The notes below the pieces were generated by a model. It was given only the letters and a program-made list of their open reading frames with translations. It had not been told where the DNA came from and did no database searches. From contig CAUYUJ010000331.1 in the NCBI GenBank assembly GCA_963575745.1, positions 1-64,000 of the forward strand: DNA of 64,000 bases, given 5' to 3'. The translations under genes and the position numbers were made by a program. Below, one piece after another: positions 36,201 through 46,248 of the stretch. Source of the DNA: Prorocentrum cordatum (Eukaryota). The stretch's first letter is position 1; each line of letters begins with the position of its first letter.

Positions 36201-37391
36201 GATCTCGGATTTCTTTGGCACATTATTCCTGGGATTGGTATCTTTCTGGGGGGTCTCCTCGGCGGCCTTTATGAGGTCAGTTCCCAGCATATCCAACATC
36301 TCCCGGCGATCCTCTGGGTCAGCATGTTCCTGGCACAATGCACGGTAACGACTGCCCCGATCGTCCATGTTCTTCGCGAACTCAAGCTGCGACACCGGTT
36401 GCAAGTAGATGAATTTGCGAGCAGGCTGGGTCCGTCTCTTCGCAGACGGCGCACAAGACAAGCGAACAACTATGCAAGCGTGGTCAGACAGCGCACGCTC
36501 GTATCTGCTGCATGGGTGCTCCGTCCAGGCGTGGCCCACTTCCGCAGGCAGCATCCAGCCTACAGTGATATCCTGCCTGTGTAAACGACGGCTGACACCA
36601 ACATAGTCGAGTACCTTCTCCACCCCCGTACTTGATTTGAAAGTAACCCTCCTCTGCCCAAATGTGTTCTCCATCCTGATGCCCCAGAGCCCGCAGAAGT
36701 CCAGTAGGGCCCTCCTCATAGATTGCAGCCTAGACGCCCGTCGAGTTTCGAAGCCCGAGACAACCCTATGAGGTCTTGTTTTACGTGCACCACGTTTTGT
36801 TTGAGTCATATACGGGTTGCCGTCATCCGATCCTTCCTCCATCCCAGTATCAATCTCCGTAGAATCCCCAGCAATCCCAGACGCCTCCAGAAGCCCTGAT
36901 CCAGTAACTCTAAAGCCGTTGACCTCCGAATCTGGCTCGAGTTCGACGTTAGCATCTGTCAAGAAGACCAGGTCCTGCGGCTGCTTCGGGAACTTAGACC
37001 TATGTGTGCGAAGCACTTGGGATATATCAAACAATATCTGCTCATACACATCATGTTCATGCTGTTCTTCCGTAAGGGTACGAATACTCTCATGTGGCAT
37101 ATATGCAACAATAACAGTAACACTAGAATAACTACAAATCACAAAACCTGTGCCACGATATGTGACTCTGAGCAAGTCTCTCCAAGACTTAGACATGATC
37201 ACCGCAGCCTTCCGACAAGTACTCCGAAAAATTGTGTAACCTCGCATGCTGAGATCACGAACTGAAAGGAACTGGCACTCGCACAACCCCGCGAGTCCCA
37301 CATCTAAGCGACGTAGTGAATTAATTATGTCATGGCCGTTCTCTGCACCTGCCCGACGCACATTCCATGACGCAATGGTGTCGTGGCACCT
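33216..37391 (-). CDS. ORF2: AP endonuclease + reverse transcriptase + circularly permuted RNase H (open frame, no upstream ATG)
   Basis: APE motifs TIASWNV, GLCE, AYMP, TDAN, NTF, LDYV, SDH. RT motifs KAPGPD, YGFR, DILQAFD, IRTGG, FWADN, ILG. C-terminal GDS...REGNERAD...FDGG...CELAA. Confidence 0.95.
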   Translation of the reverse strand, partial: RCHDTIASWNVRRAGAENGHDIINSLRRLDVGLAGLCECQFLSVRDLSMRGYTIFRSTCRKAAVIMSKSWRDLLRVTYRGTGFVICSYSSVTVIVAYMPHESIRTLTEEQHEHDVYEQILFDISQVLRTHRSKFPKQPQDLVFLTDANVELEPDSEVNGFRVTGSGLLEASGIAGDSTEIDTGMEEGSDDGNPYMTQTKRGARKTRPHRVVSGFETRRASRLQSMRRALLDFCGLWGIRMENTFGQRRVTFKSSTGVEKVLDYVGVSRRLHRQDITVGWMLPAEVGHAWTEHPCSRYERALSDHACIVVRLSCAPSAKRRTQPARKFIYLQPVSQLEFAKNMDDRGSRYRALCQEHADPEDRREMLDMLGTDLIKAAEETPQKDTNPRNNVPKKSEIHWAAQESKREALRRGDREEAKRCSKIVRRERRRLEARVQRWRTEMNTRRRRRAKTETLILANGMESQNREEWGDEILGHMKSKVEDPEAREVTLRELQSLRGLCSGSGSSEVFSMSLLLRARAKLSTGKAPGPDNVTVTMLKQLSWASVRRVLVSFQGVYSRRLCCPDSWRQLAATLMPKEIDIQHLTDTRVLCLQSCLMKWYMTCIVMMIEKRIEEHRHYVCLYGFRSGRKTSEITSVAKRLSQHSAVWGKGDSLWLANLDILQAFDNVTPCLAMRCLRALDIPADLIVALIEPMMDNQCVASFEGIEASSAVYWDKSIRTGGVEGPMIFLAVSIVLWRDVIDRWRQDTQYGIKLENDERMFNGERMTHSFWADNLLLYAKTRTDLELMVRDMSIPLMNAGMTWKPKSLMYIYFGAPPGIPPSPEQDIRVLVPSSDAALGAREVVLPRVQSFEILGATLEETWKDHSDSEAMLQKAQKMFFGEIAYYRCSGIDLAERFTRYQAKVIAALLFNCEGRTPDYSTIAAVHSFEGRCLALMSGLRKRRTEGWSEFQRRRYKVGRQSFVELGFRSAVQIWIFRCWDWAKDVSVAASIRMRRYTTHTVEEEGETVPNRRQRKTRAMAVAAASHASHVSQISQMSSGGRRRTTDDQPAIPEESDMSREWMISRLAMLHGRGKWTEHRDTCILALPAKDRKHLTRMSMGAPARGHTVWDWCLCDLFGCEWYLSFDSSAGPREKYCKHLLTVIGMQHLFDLFVLPRPPGVRHVKAEEEEEREMNERISKRIAANYENETEWRCENIERLGMEILGDSKTVVNWMCGEWQIRNKQYVRLVGTLQNTVSMLSGWGLTSPASGQNLYKHFFREGNERADRLSWEARGGQTITRWFAYDQFLSTRKTALRGAFDGGVSNEGCGGGWWLQIGVVGRGSSVQVDFPISSSSSSSSSSCTSSHSFHWHDVAEEAMSLPPGSTVTCCELAACAALTRAAAKVACALLRPT

Positions 37392-38438
37392 CTAGTTCGT
37401 ACTGGAAATCCTCGCTCGCAACTCATCAATGTTGATCCCTGGGTCAAGCTGATTCATTGCACGAGTAATCTCCCAGCCATTCTGCAGAGAGAACTTGGCC
37501 ACCATCTTCCCTGGAGGTGGCAAGTGGTCACTGGAGCCCCACATGAACGTAATCGGTGGTCCCGTCTCAGCCCTGAGATTTGAATGATGCTTCTTGAAAC
37601 TCTTGAACTTTGCCTGAAAGATCCCAGCGGCATCCAGATGGGGCTTCTTCCAGGGGGGGGCCTCCACGTGGACCTTGAAGACCCTGGGAGCGTGCTGGAG
37701 TTTGTTGTCGGCAATCGCGGCGACGAGTCGACGACGGAGATCCCGCAGCTGGTCACTGGTAACCCCATTATGGAAATAAAGCCGAGCACGCGAATAACCC
37801 CATGCCTCTCGACCTGTGTTGAACCTCTTGGATTGGTTCAGGTCCAGAAACTCCTTGACACCACTGAGCCATTCTCCAGCCAGGACCTCATTCAGTAGTA
37901 AATTCAACGCCTGCTGTGATAACATCTCCTCCTGACGCTTCTCTGCATCCCGCCAGTCCGTCACCCATCCCTTGAGCTCGACGAACGACGGAGTGAAATT
38001 CTGCATGGACTGCCGAGCTTCCGCCGAGGACGCCGTCGTAGAGGTGCCTGCTCAGGGGGCCCCACCTGCAGGAGCCTGCTGGAGCTGGATAATCTGGAGC
38101 CTCTGATCCTCCACCTTCTTAGTAATAGCATCTATGTCCGTCATCGCCTGCTGTACATTTTTCTCGACCGAATCAACACGAGCATTGAGTTGGGTGCCGA
38201 GATCCGCGATGCTCCGATGAGTTGACTGGAAGCCCTCAGTCATCTTACCTCCCAGAGATGCAACAAGCATCGTGATCTTGTCCATACCCTTAGTCATGGC
38301 CTCCTCGAGGCCTTCAACCGTCTGAACTTTGACACGTTTTCCCTCTGGGACCTCCTCCTCCTTGGCTCCTGGAACGGGCATATCAGTGGCATCCATGGCG
38401 AAAATCTCGGGGGCTGCAGCAGCTGATGAGGCAGCCAT
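37392..38438 (-). pseudogene. ORF1 of A2 (coiled coil + probable RRM), frameshifted near 38052
   Basis: Two ORF pieces match the continuous ORF1 of copy A4. Confidence 0.85.
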
Positions 38439-38939
38439 CTTGCCGTCTGAGATGTTACAAAGGATATTCCACTTCTCACAGAACGATCGATCTTCTCGAG
38501 TACGTTTGAGATGCGCACTTAACTGATGAAAGTTATATGGGGCAACAGGATTGTGAGGTAAAGTGGGGGATAGATCAGGTGGTCCAGATGGTATGTCAAC
38601 TAGAGAATCTTTATCGTCGTGACAAGATCTACCAACCTGTCTGGCAAGATACTCCCACTCCCAGTGTCCGAAGTTGGATCCCCAGCGGTCCAGATCGATC
38701 GATTGACTCTGGCTCGTCCCGTCCAGCTCGACGCAGCAAAATGCCGCAACAATGCACACAAACAAATACAAACAAATGGCAGGCGGCCTGCTTACCTCGG
38801 ACTCGCCGAAGTCGCCGAAGATGCCGAGTGGCCCGATCGCCACGCGCCCCCGCGCGGCGGGCCAGGCCAGGGGCAGGCAGCCTGACTGCACAATGCAGCT
38901 CGAGCCGCACGAGGAGGCCCCACGAGCCCCAGCAGCGAC

Positions 38940-40767
38940 CAACCTTGGTTACCGCCGGGAACTCGTAGGGCTTCCTCGCGCAATGCGGGCGCGGCAATCT
39001 CGCATTGCGCGCGCGAGGGCGCGGTCTCATGGAGGAGGCTGTGGAGGAGAAGAAGGAGCGAGCCAAAAGCATTTCTGGGAAAAATAAAAGACATACCAGG
39101 CCGAGTTCAGGCGTCTGGGCACTTTGAGCTAGCGCGCCTGTTGATTCCTTCCGATTGCTCTGTCGACCAGCGTAAAGAAAACCATCACCATCTCTTTAAA
39201 AATATAGATTACGAATAGTTGTCCAGCGCTGAAAGCAGACCGAGTTCAGGCGTCTAGATACTTTAAACTAGCGCGCCTGATTATTTCCTTCCGGTTGCCG
39301 TGCCAAACAGCTCTGTAGCTCATCTGCAGCTCGAGTTAAGCCAAGAAAACCAATACCATCTCCCAAAAAAGTTGCAGAGTATGGATAGCTGTCCAGCCCT
39401 AGCGCTGATAGCAGACCGAGTTCAGGCGTCTAGATGCGTCAGACTATCGCGCCTGATGATTCCCTTTCGGTGGCTGTGCCAAACAGCTCTGTATCTGCAG
39501 CTCGAGTTAACTCAAGAAAAGCATCGCCATCTCAAAAAAATGCAGAGTATAAATAGTTTTTCGGCCAGGGCGGATCGCAGACCGAGCTCAGACGTCTAGA
39601 TACTTTGAACTAGCGCGCATGATAAATTCCTGCCGATTGCTGTGTCGAACAGCTCTGTAGCCCATCTGCAGCTCGATTCAAGTCAAGAAAATCATCATCA
39701 TCTCGAGAGGAAAAAAAGAAAAAAAAAAAAAAAAAAAAAAAAATGTGCGGCCCCAGCGCTGATGGCAGACCGATTTCAGGCGTCTAGATACGTCAGACTA
39801 TCGCGCCTGATACTTTGCTTCCGATTGCTGCGCCAAAGAGCTCTGTAGCTGATCTGGAGCTTGAATAAGAAATCGAGAAAACTGGCGCCGGCGGTGAGCC
39901 GTCAACCTGGTCCCCGCCGGGAACCTCGTAGAGCTCCTTGCACGCGTAAGAGTGCTCAGAGTCGAAGCAGACAGCTTCTCGGAGCATTTCTAGAAAAACG
40001 TCAAATTTGTATTTTTCAGTGTCAACCTGATGTCGGTTCCTCCAAATGTTTCGATAGGAAAACTCTCTCTAGAGAGCTGATTCTCTTTCAGAATGAATTT
40101 TAAACACTAATGCTGAACGTGAAAATCTGATACCTCAAAATGAACTGTTAAATATCTTTCAAATCTTAGCAGAACCGAGCCCAAATTACCACATTGTCCT
40201 TTCTGGCCGGGTCGACCAACTGGCGCCAGCGGTGAACCGTCTACCTGGTCACCGCCAGAAACCTCGTAGAGCTCCCTGCACGCGTGAGAGTGCTGAGAAT
40301 CGAAGCAGGGAACTAAAATGAAAATTGTCTTGAAATCTATATTTTTGCATTTTTTGATGTTAATATGAGGTCGGCTCCGGGAAGTGAACCGATAGTAAAA
40401 CTCCCTCGGGAGAGCTGAGCTGCTTTCAGAACAGAGCTTATATACGAATGATCAGCGCAAAAGTCTGGCTTGGCAAAACCGAGCCCAGGTCACCACATTG
40501 TCCGTTCTGGTCGGGGCGACCAACTAGCTCCACCCCGCGCCGGAATTCCTCTAGCTCATCGATAACGAAGAGCTCTACGAGGTACTAGCTCCGCCCCGCG
40601 CCGGAACTGGGAGCCGGCGTTAAACCGTCAACCTTGGTCACCGCCGGGAACTCGTAGAGCTTCCTCGTGCAATGCGGGCGCGGCAACCTCGCATTGCGCG
40701 CGCGAGCACGCGGTCTCATAGAGGAGGACGTGGAGGAGAAGAAGGAGTGAGGAGAAAGCATCTCTGG

Positions 40768-40843
<76 letters not shown>

Positions 40844-42225
40844 AGAGAGAGTACAAATAGTTTTCTGGTTCCAACTCTGAAAGCATGACGAGTTCAGGCA
40901 TCTGGATACTTGAAACTAACGCGTCTGATAAAGTCCTTGCGATGCTGTGCCAAACAGCTCTGTAGCCCCTCTGCAGCTCGAGTTACCTCAAGAGGGTTAC
41001 CAACATCTTTCTAAATAGCAGAGTACGAATAGCTTGCCTGATTCATCTCTGATAGCAGACCGAATTTAGGCGTCTAGATACTTTAGACTAGCGCTTATTA
41101 TCATTTCCTTCCGACTTATGTGACAAGCAGCTATGTAGCTGATTCTTCAGCTCGAGTTAAGTCAAGAAAACCATCACCATCTCTAAAAAAAGCAGAGTAC
41201 GAATAGTTGCTTCGAGAACCCAGCTCTCATACCAGACCGAGTTCAGGCGTCTGGATACTTTGAGCGCGCCTGTTCAGTTCCTTCCGATTGCTGTGCCGAA
41301 CAGCTCTGTAGCTCAGCAGCCCGAGTTAAGTCCAGAAAAACCATCACCATCCCCAATAAATTAGCAGCGTACGAATAGTTTGTTCGGCCCCAACGCTCAT
41401 AGCAGACCGAGTGAATAGTTTTTCAGCCCCAGCGCTGATAGCAAACCGAGTTCAGGCGTCTAGATACTTAGCGCGGCTGAGTATGTTCTTCCGATTGCTG
41501 TGCTGAACAGCTCTGTAGCTCATCTGCACCTCGAGTTAAGTCCAGAAAACCATCACCATTTCCAAAAAAATAGCAGGGCACGAATAGTTGTTCGGCTCCA
41601 GCGCTGGTAGCAGACCGAGTTCAGGCGTCTAGATACTTTAAACTAGCGCGCCTAATGATATCCTTCCGATTTCTGCGCCGAACATCTCTGTAGCTCATCT
41701 TCAGCTCGATTTAGGTTACGAAACTCATTATCATCTCGAAGAAATAGTAGAGTACGAATACTTTCGCGGACCTACCTCAGATAGCAGACCGAGTTCAGAC
41801 ATCCAGCTGCTTGAGACGAACGCGCCTGACGATTCTACATCGATTAGAGGTACCTACCAGCTCTGTAGTGCCCCTGCAGCTCGAGTAAAGTTCAGAAAAC
41901 CGACAGCACCTGCCAAGATGACACAAAACAGCCGATCCCGCCGGAGTGCTTGTTGGCAGTAATATGTACCCGATCGAGCTAAGATTGAGATGGCGAGCGG
42001 GAAGAAGATCGAAAATGAGGAGAAAAAATACCAGAGCTCTAACGAATGTTCAAATTTCGAGACATCGATTTTAAACCGAGCAAAAGTATGCAAAACTTCC
42101 GTCGATATTTTTCGCCAACTAGCCCCCCAGCGCGCCGGAAATACTTTTCTAGCTTCGCCGCTAACGCTCTTAGGGAAGCTCTACGAGTCATTCCCCTAGC
42201 TCATCGATGCCGAAGAGCTCTACAA
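38940..42225 (-). repeat. Composite H-type units (second satellite subfamily, GAGTTCAGGCGTCTAGATAC) with three empty hairpin targets
   Basis: Satellite at 39090-39860 and 40850-41890. Empty sites at ~39882, ~40220 and ~40607. Confidence 0.8.
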
Positions 42226-42260
42226 GGCACTGGCGCCGGCGGTGAACCGTCAACCTGGTC

Positions 42261-44649
42261 CGCGGAGTCTGCGTCGGCCGATTCGAGCTCCCTGGAGAGC
42301 AGGCCAGGACACAGAGAACCTAAACAGCGAAGCTGTACAAGGAACAGCGAAGCTGATAGATTAAAGCAGCAAGATTATGCAGCGAAGCTGTATAAGAAAT
42401 GTGCAACCTACATATATAAGTGCACAAATCAGCAACTCCCGACAATAAACTCTGAGATGCAGCAAGCTCCACCCAACCACAAGATGTGCCTAACACACAA
42501 CTGCCGCCATCAAAAGAGCCTCTCACCGCGTGTACACCATATTGTAAAACTAAGAGAATGTGAAAGTAGAAACAATGCGAGCTCATGCGGTAACCAATGA
42601 TGCGGTTGCCTTCTCGGCACCACTGACGTAAATGCAACAAGGAAAAAGGAATGAATTGAAAATCAAATGTAAGCGAAGAAAGCGTGCCTAAACCTCTTAT
42701 GAGACCTGCCAGCGGAGAGCGGAAGGAAAGCCAGCGGGAGAGCGGGAGAAGCCCAAAGAGCGAAAGCGAACCCAGGGGCAAAACAGCGGGGAAGAGAGGG
42801 GGAGAAACACACACAGAAGCATGTGCAATCACTCAAACACTCAATCAATTGGGTGTCCGACCTTGGCCGCCAACTCGCAGTTGTTCATTACGTTGCGACG
42901 CCTCCATTCATCCTGAAATTCCAACACGTCGCACATAGATTTCGTAACGCTTTTGGGAACAAGTCTGTGGTGCATAAAGTCTCTGATATCCGTCGACAGA
43001 TGGGTCAAAATGGCTATCGGGCCAAGTCTCGCGCGATCCCGAAGAAGCGCGTCAAGCAACGCAGCCTTTTCCTCGGCACCCGAGGCCATAAGGCGATGCA
43101 GCGTGGCAGCCGTGAAAGAGTGAACGAGCTTTACCCAGCCAGACTTGCGGAAACAGTATTTCCTGATCCTTAAATTGCACGCCAACTAATACGAATAATC
43201 TGCATGGTCACGTTTCTCCTCGTCCTCCATCACATTCCTTCCATCAGCGTTTATAGAAATTTTAGGTGGTGAAGAAAAACCGAGGCATCCAAAGAAACGT
43301 TCCCCTCCTCCTCCTCGTCCTTCACGTCCCGCCCCTCAGCCTTCAAAGTACGGTGGGCATCACCCAACTCCAACTCTCGATCCGTAAGGTTCGAAGATGC
43401 AGACAACCACCTAGAGCCAGATCGGGCAACCGGCTCAGCAGCACCCGCATTCACACCCACATCTGTCGAGGCGACTCCCACTTCCGAATTCATTTGCGAC
43501 GCAGCCGTCTCGGAGTGGCAACTGGAGCTCTCAAACGCGCCATGTGAAGAGCTCCCAAGGTTTGACGAACTCGCGACGATGTTGGACTGACAACTTGAAC
43601 TCCCACCAATATTGGCCTGACAACTTGAACTCTCAACAGTCGCGGCAAGGCAACTTGGACTGCCAGCGGCATCATGTGAAGAACTCCCCAAGTCTGGCAC
43701 ATATGCACGAGCGTCCCAGAGCGCCGAAAAGTGCGAGCCAACTCATCCCAACCTTCTTCCGCGAACTGGGTTTGCACAACAGCGTCTAAAATTGCGAAGG
43801 CGAGATTGCTTGCACACCAGCGTCCTGACATTGCGCAGTAGAAACTGTTTGCACACCAGCGTCCTGCAACTGCGAATTAGATTCAACATGTACAGCGGCG
43901 ACACCCGTACGAACAGCAAGCTCCCTTGAACCGCCCTGGAACCACCTTGAACCCGATGGGGGCGTCGGTTCTGCAGCACCCGCATTCACTCCCAACTTAG
44001 TTGAAGAAAGTCCCACTTCCGAATTTATGTGCGCACCTGCGGCCGGAAATTGCAAGGGTGAAACTGCATATATACCGGCGTCCTGCATCTGCATATGAGT
44101 GTCCTCAACCCATTCCTCTTCCTCAGAATCGTCCGAGCAGAAATTCCGATAATATCTGGGCGCGCAAATACCCGCGTGAACAAGGCACGACGAATCTGGC
44201 CCCCGAGCCGTGGACCACAAACGATACCTAATACGTTTCGCCCGCAGGCGGCGCAACTTCGATAGAGAAACTTCGACAGCATGCCCATACAGCTGGTCTC
44301 GCTCACGCAGGCGAGACTCACCTCCGCACGAAGGGCGAACACGGCAATATAGATCACTAACACACACTTCGAGCGTAGACAAACGAGCCGCGAGAAACTC
44401 GGAAGTAAACAACGCCGTTTCTGTCCAATTTGAAGCTACAAAATCCGCGCCTGACAATTCAGATGAAACAAACTCCATATATGAAACGTGGATTCCCTCA
44501 ACAAGAAGAAGGCAAATCACAAGCAATAACAAGATGGACAGCTGAGTACGAAACGTGCGCATGTACAAAAACCTGCCCGCACGACGCAGCTCGAGGAGGC
44601 CCCCGACGGGCCAGGTCGCCGCTGAGATCCCCGAGGAGGGACAGCAGCG
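42261..44649 (-). mobile_element. Non-autonomous insertion E1 (~2.4 kb) in the variant hairpin target
   Basis: Absent from the empty sites at 39882 and 40220. Flanked by ACCTGGT (42253-42259, 44650-44656). 5' end GGTCGCTGCTG and GGGGCCTCCTCG are shared with LINE A. Confidence 0.75.
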
Positions 44650-44656
44650 ACCTGGT

Positions 44657-45858
44657 ATTTTGCGTCTTTTGCGAAGGCCGGTTCGAGCTCCCATGGGAGC
44701 AGGCCTAAACACAAAGAACCTAAACAGCGAAGCTGTACAAGAAGACAGCGAAGCTTCAAAGATTAAAGCAGAGGTGCATCAAACGGCGAAGCTGTACAGA
44801 TATGCACAAGACTGCCAATACACTAGAATACAAAACAACAAAGATGATAAAAGAAGCTGTACAAGACAGCAAGAAGCAGTGCGAGACCATGCAGTAACCA
44901 CATATAGCGATTACCGTCTCAGCACCACTGAAAATAAAAGCAGTGAGAGACCATACAGTAACCACTGGTGTATACAGCGATTACCGTCTCAACACCACTG
45001 AGACAAACACAAAACTAACAACTAAAATGACGAGTACACTTCACAGTAATGCGAGACCATGCAGTAACCACATATAGCGATTACCGTCTCAGCACCACTG
45101 AAAGACCATGCACGTGAAACACAACGAATTTGCGGTCGACTGTGCACAGAGTCAGGCAAGACACCCACCACTCTTTGAGCGGTAGTGGGCAAATGCAAAA
45201 CTCGTATTCAGAACAAGGTGAAGATCACGCGGAGCTCTTATACCAACATGCGCGCATGTCCGACACACACAGCATGGCAAGAGTCAACGCAAACACAAAG
45301 TCCGAAATATGTCGTAACAACCCGCGGTAAGACAAGAGTCGTATGCTCACGTCAGATATGTGATAACTGAATGTCTGATAACGCACTCAAGAAGTAACTC
45401 TCGGATAACTGAATGTCTGATAACGCACTCAGTATCTTGAATCACCTGCATAACTGAATGTCTGATAACGCACTCAAGTATCTTGAATTCTGATCGATGC
45501 GATTCAAAGAAAGAATGAAAACAGGCACGCCAATACAATGCAGAGAACCTCAATCTCAATATATTCCAATGTCACAGAACTGTCAAAGTACCTCAATGTC
45601 AAAGAATACACACGTGTGCAAGAACAATAATGGAGAAAGCGCAAGCAGGCAGTACAAACAAGTACAAACCGACGACAGCGGCCTATGCGTTGAAGTCAGT
45701 CCCACTTATGATGCCAAACAGAGCTGGCCTCCAGCACCTATCGTCTGTAGGTCCAAGGAGAGAAGGTCGTCGCAGCCGACGAAGTACCCGAATTTATTGC
45801 ACGGCCCGCCCGCGCGCACACGGCCGCCCAGGGGGCAGCCTGAGGAGACAACCTTGAG
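44657..45858 (-). mobile_element. Non-autonomous insertion E2 (~1.2 kb), tandem with E1
   Basis: Its 3' ~100 bp is homologous to that of E1 (TTCGAGCTCCC...GAACCTAAACAGCGAAGCTGTACAAG). Flanked by CCTGGT, and the target resumes at 45859. Internal tandem repeats. Confidence 0.75.
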
Positions 45859-46248
45859 CCTGGTCACCGCCGGGAACCTCGTAGAGCTCCTTGCACGCGT
45901 AAGAGTGCTCAGAATCGAAGCAGAGAGCTTCTCGGAGCATTTCTAGAAAAACGTTAAATTTGCATTTTTCGGTGTCAACCTGATGTCGGTTGCTCCAAAT
46001 GTTTCGATAGTAAAACTCTCTCTGGGGAGCTGATTCTCTCCCAGAATGAAGTTTAAACACTAACGCTGGACGCAAAAAATCTGATATCTTAAAATCAATG
46101 GTCAAACTGGGAGCCGGCGGTAAACCGTCAACCTTGGTTTTTTGCGGTTTACGGTCAGAGCTGGTAGCGCTGGGGTCAGCGCCACTCGCGCCCTGCCACA
46201 ACTGGCGCATTGCAGTTTCGCAATCCCAGGAGCTTCGAGAGAGGGGCA

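Larger units (their letters stand above)
33141..38939 (-). mobile_element. LINE family A, copy A2, full length (~5.8 kb)
   Basis: 11-bp TSD CAACCTTGGTT at 33130-33140 and 38940-38950. Contains ORF1, an intact ORF2, a 75-nt 3' UTR and an A-rich tail. Confidence 0.97.

Noticed and set aside
38870..38935. HDV-like ribozyme at the LINE 5' end (GCC-UCCUCGUGC-GGC resembles P3/L3)
   Set aside because: I could not build convincing P1.1, P2 or catalytic J4/2 elements, and target-flank homology explains the sequence. A motif search or cleavage assay would settle it.
45360..45490. Three 26-bp repeats with short spacers, CRISPR-like
   Set aside because: Spacers are under 20 nt and partly repeated, there are no cas genes, and the context is a eukaryotic element.
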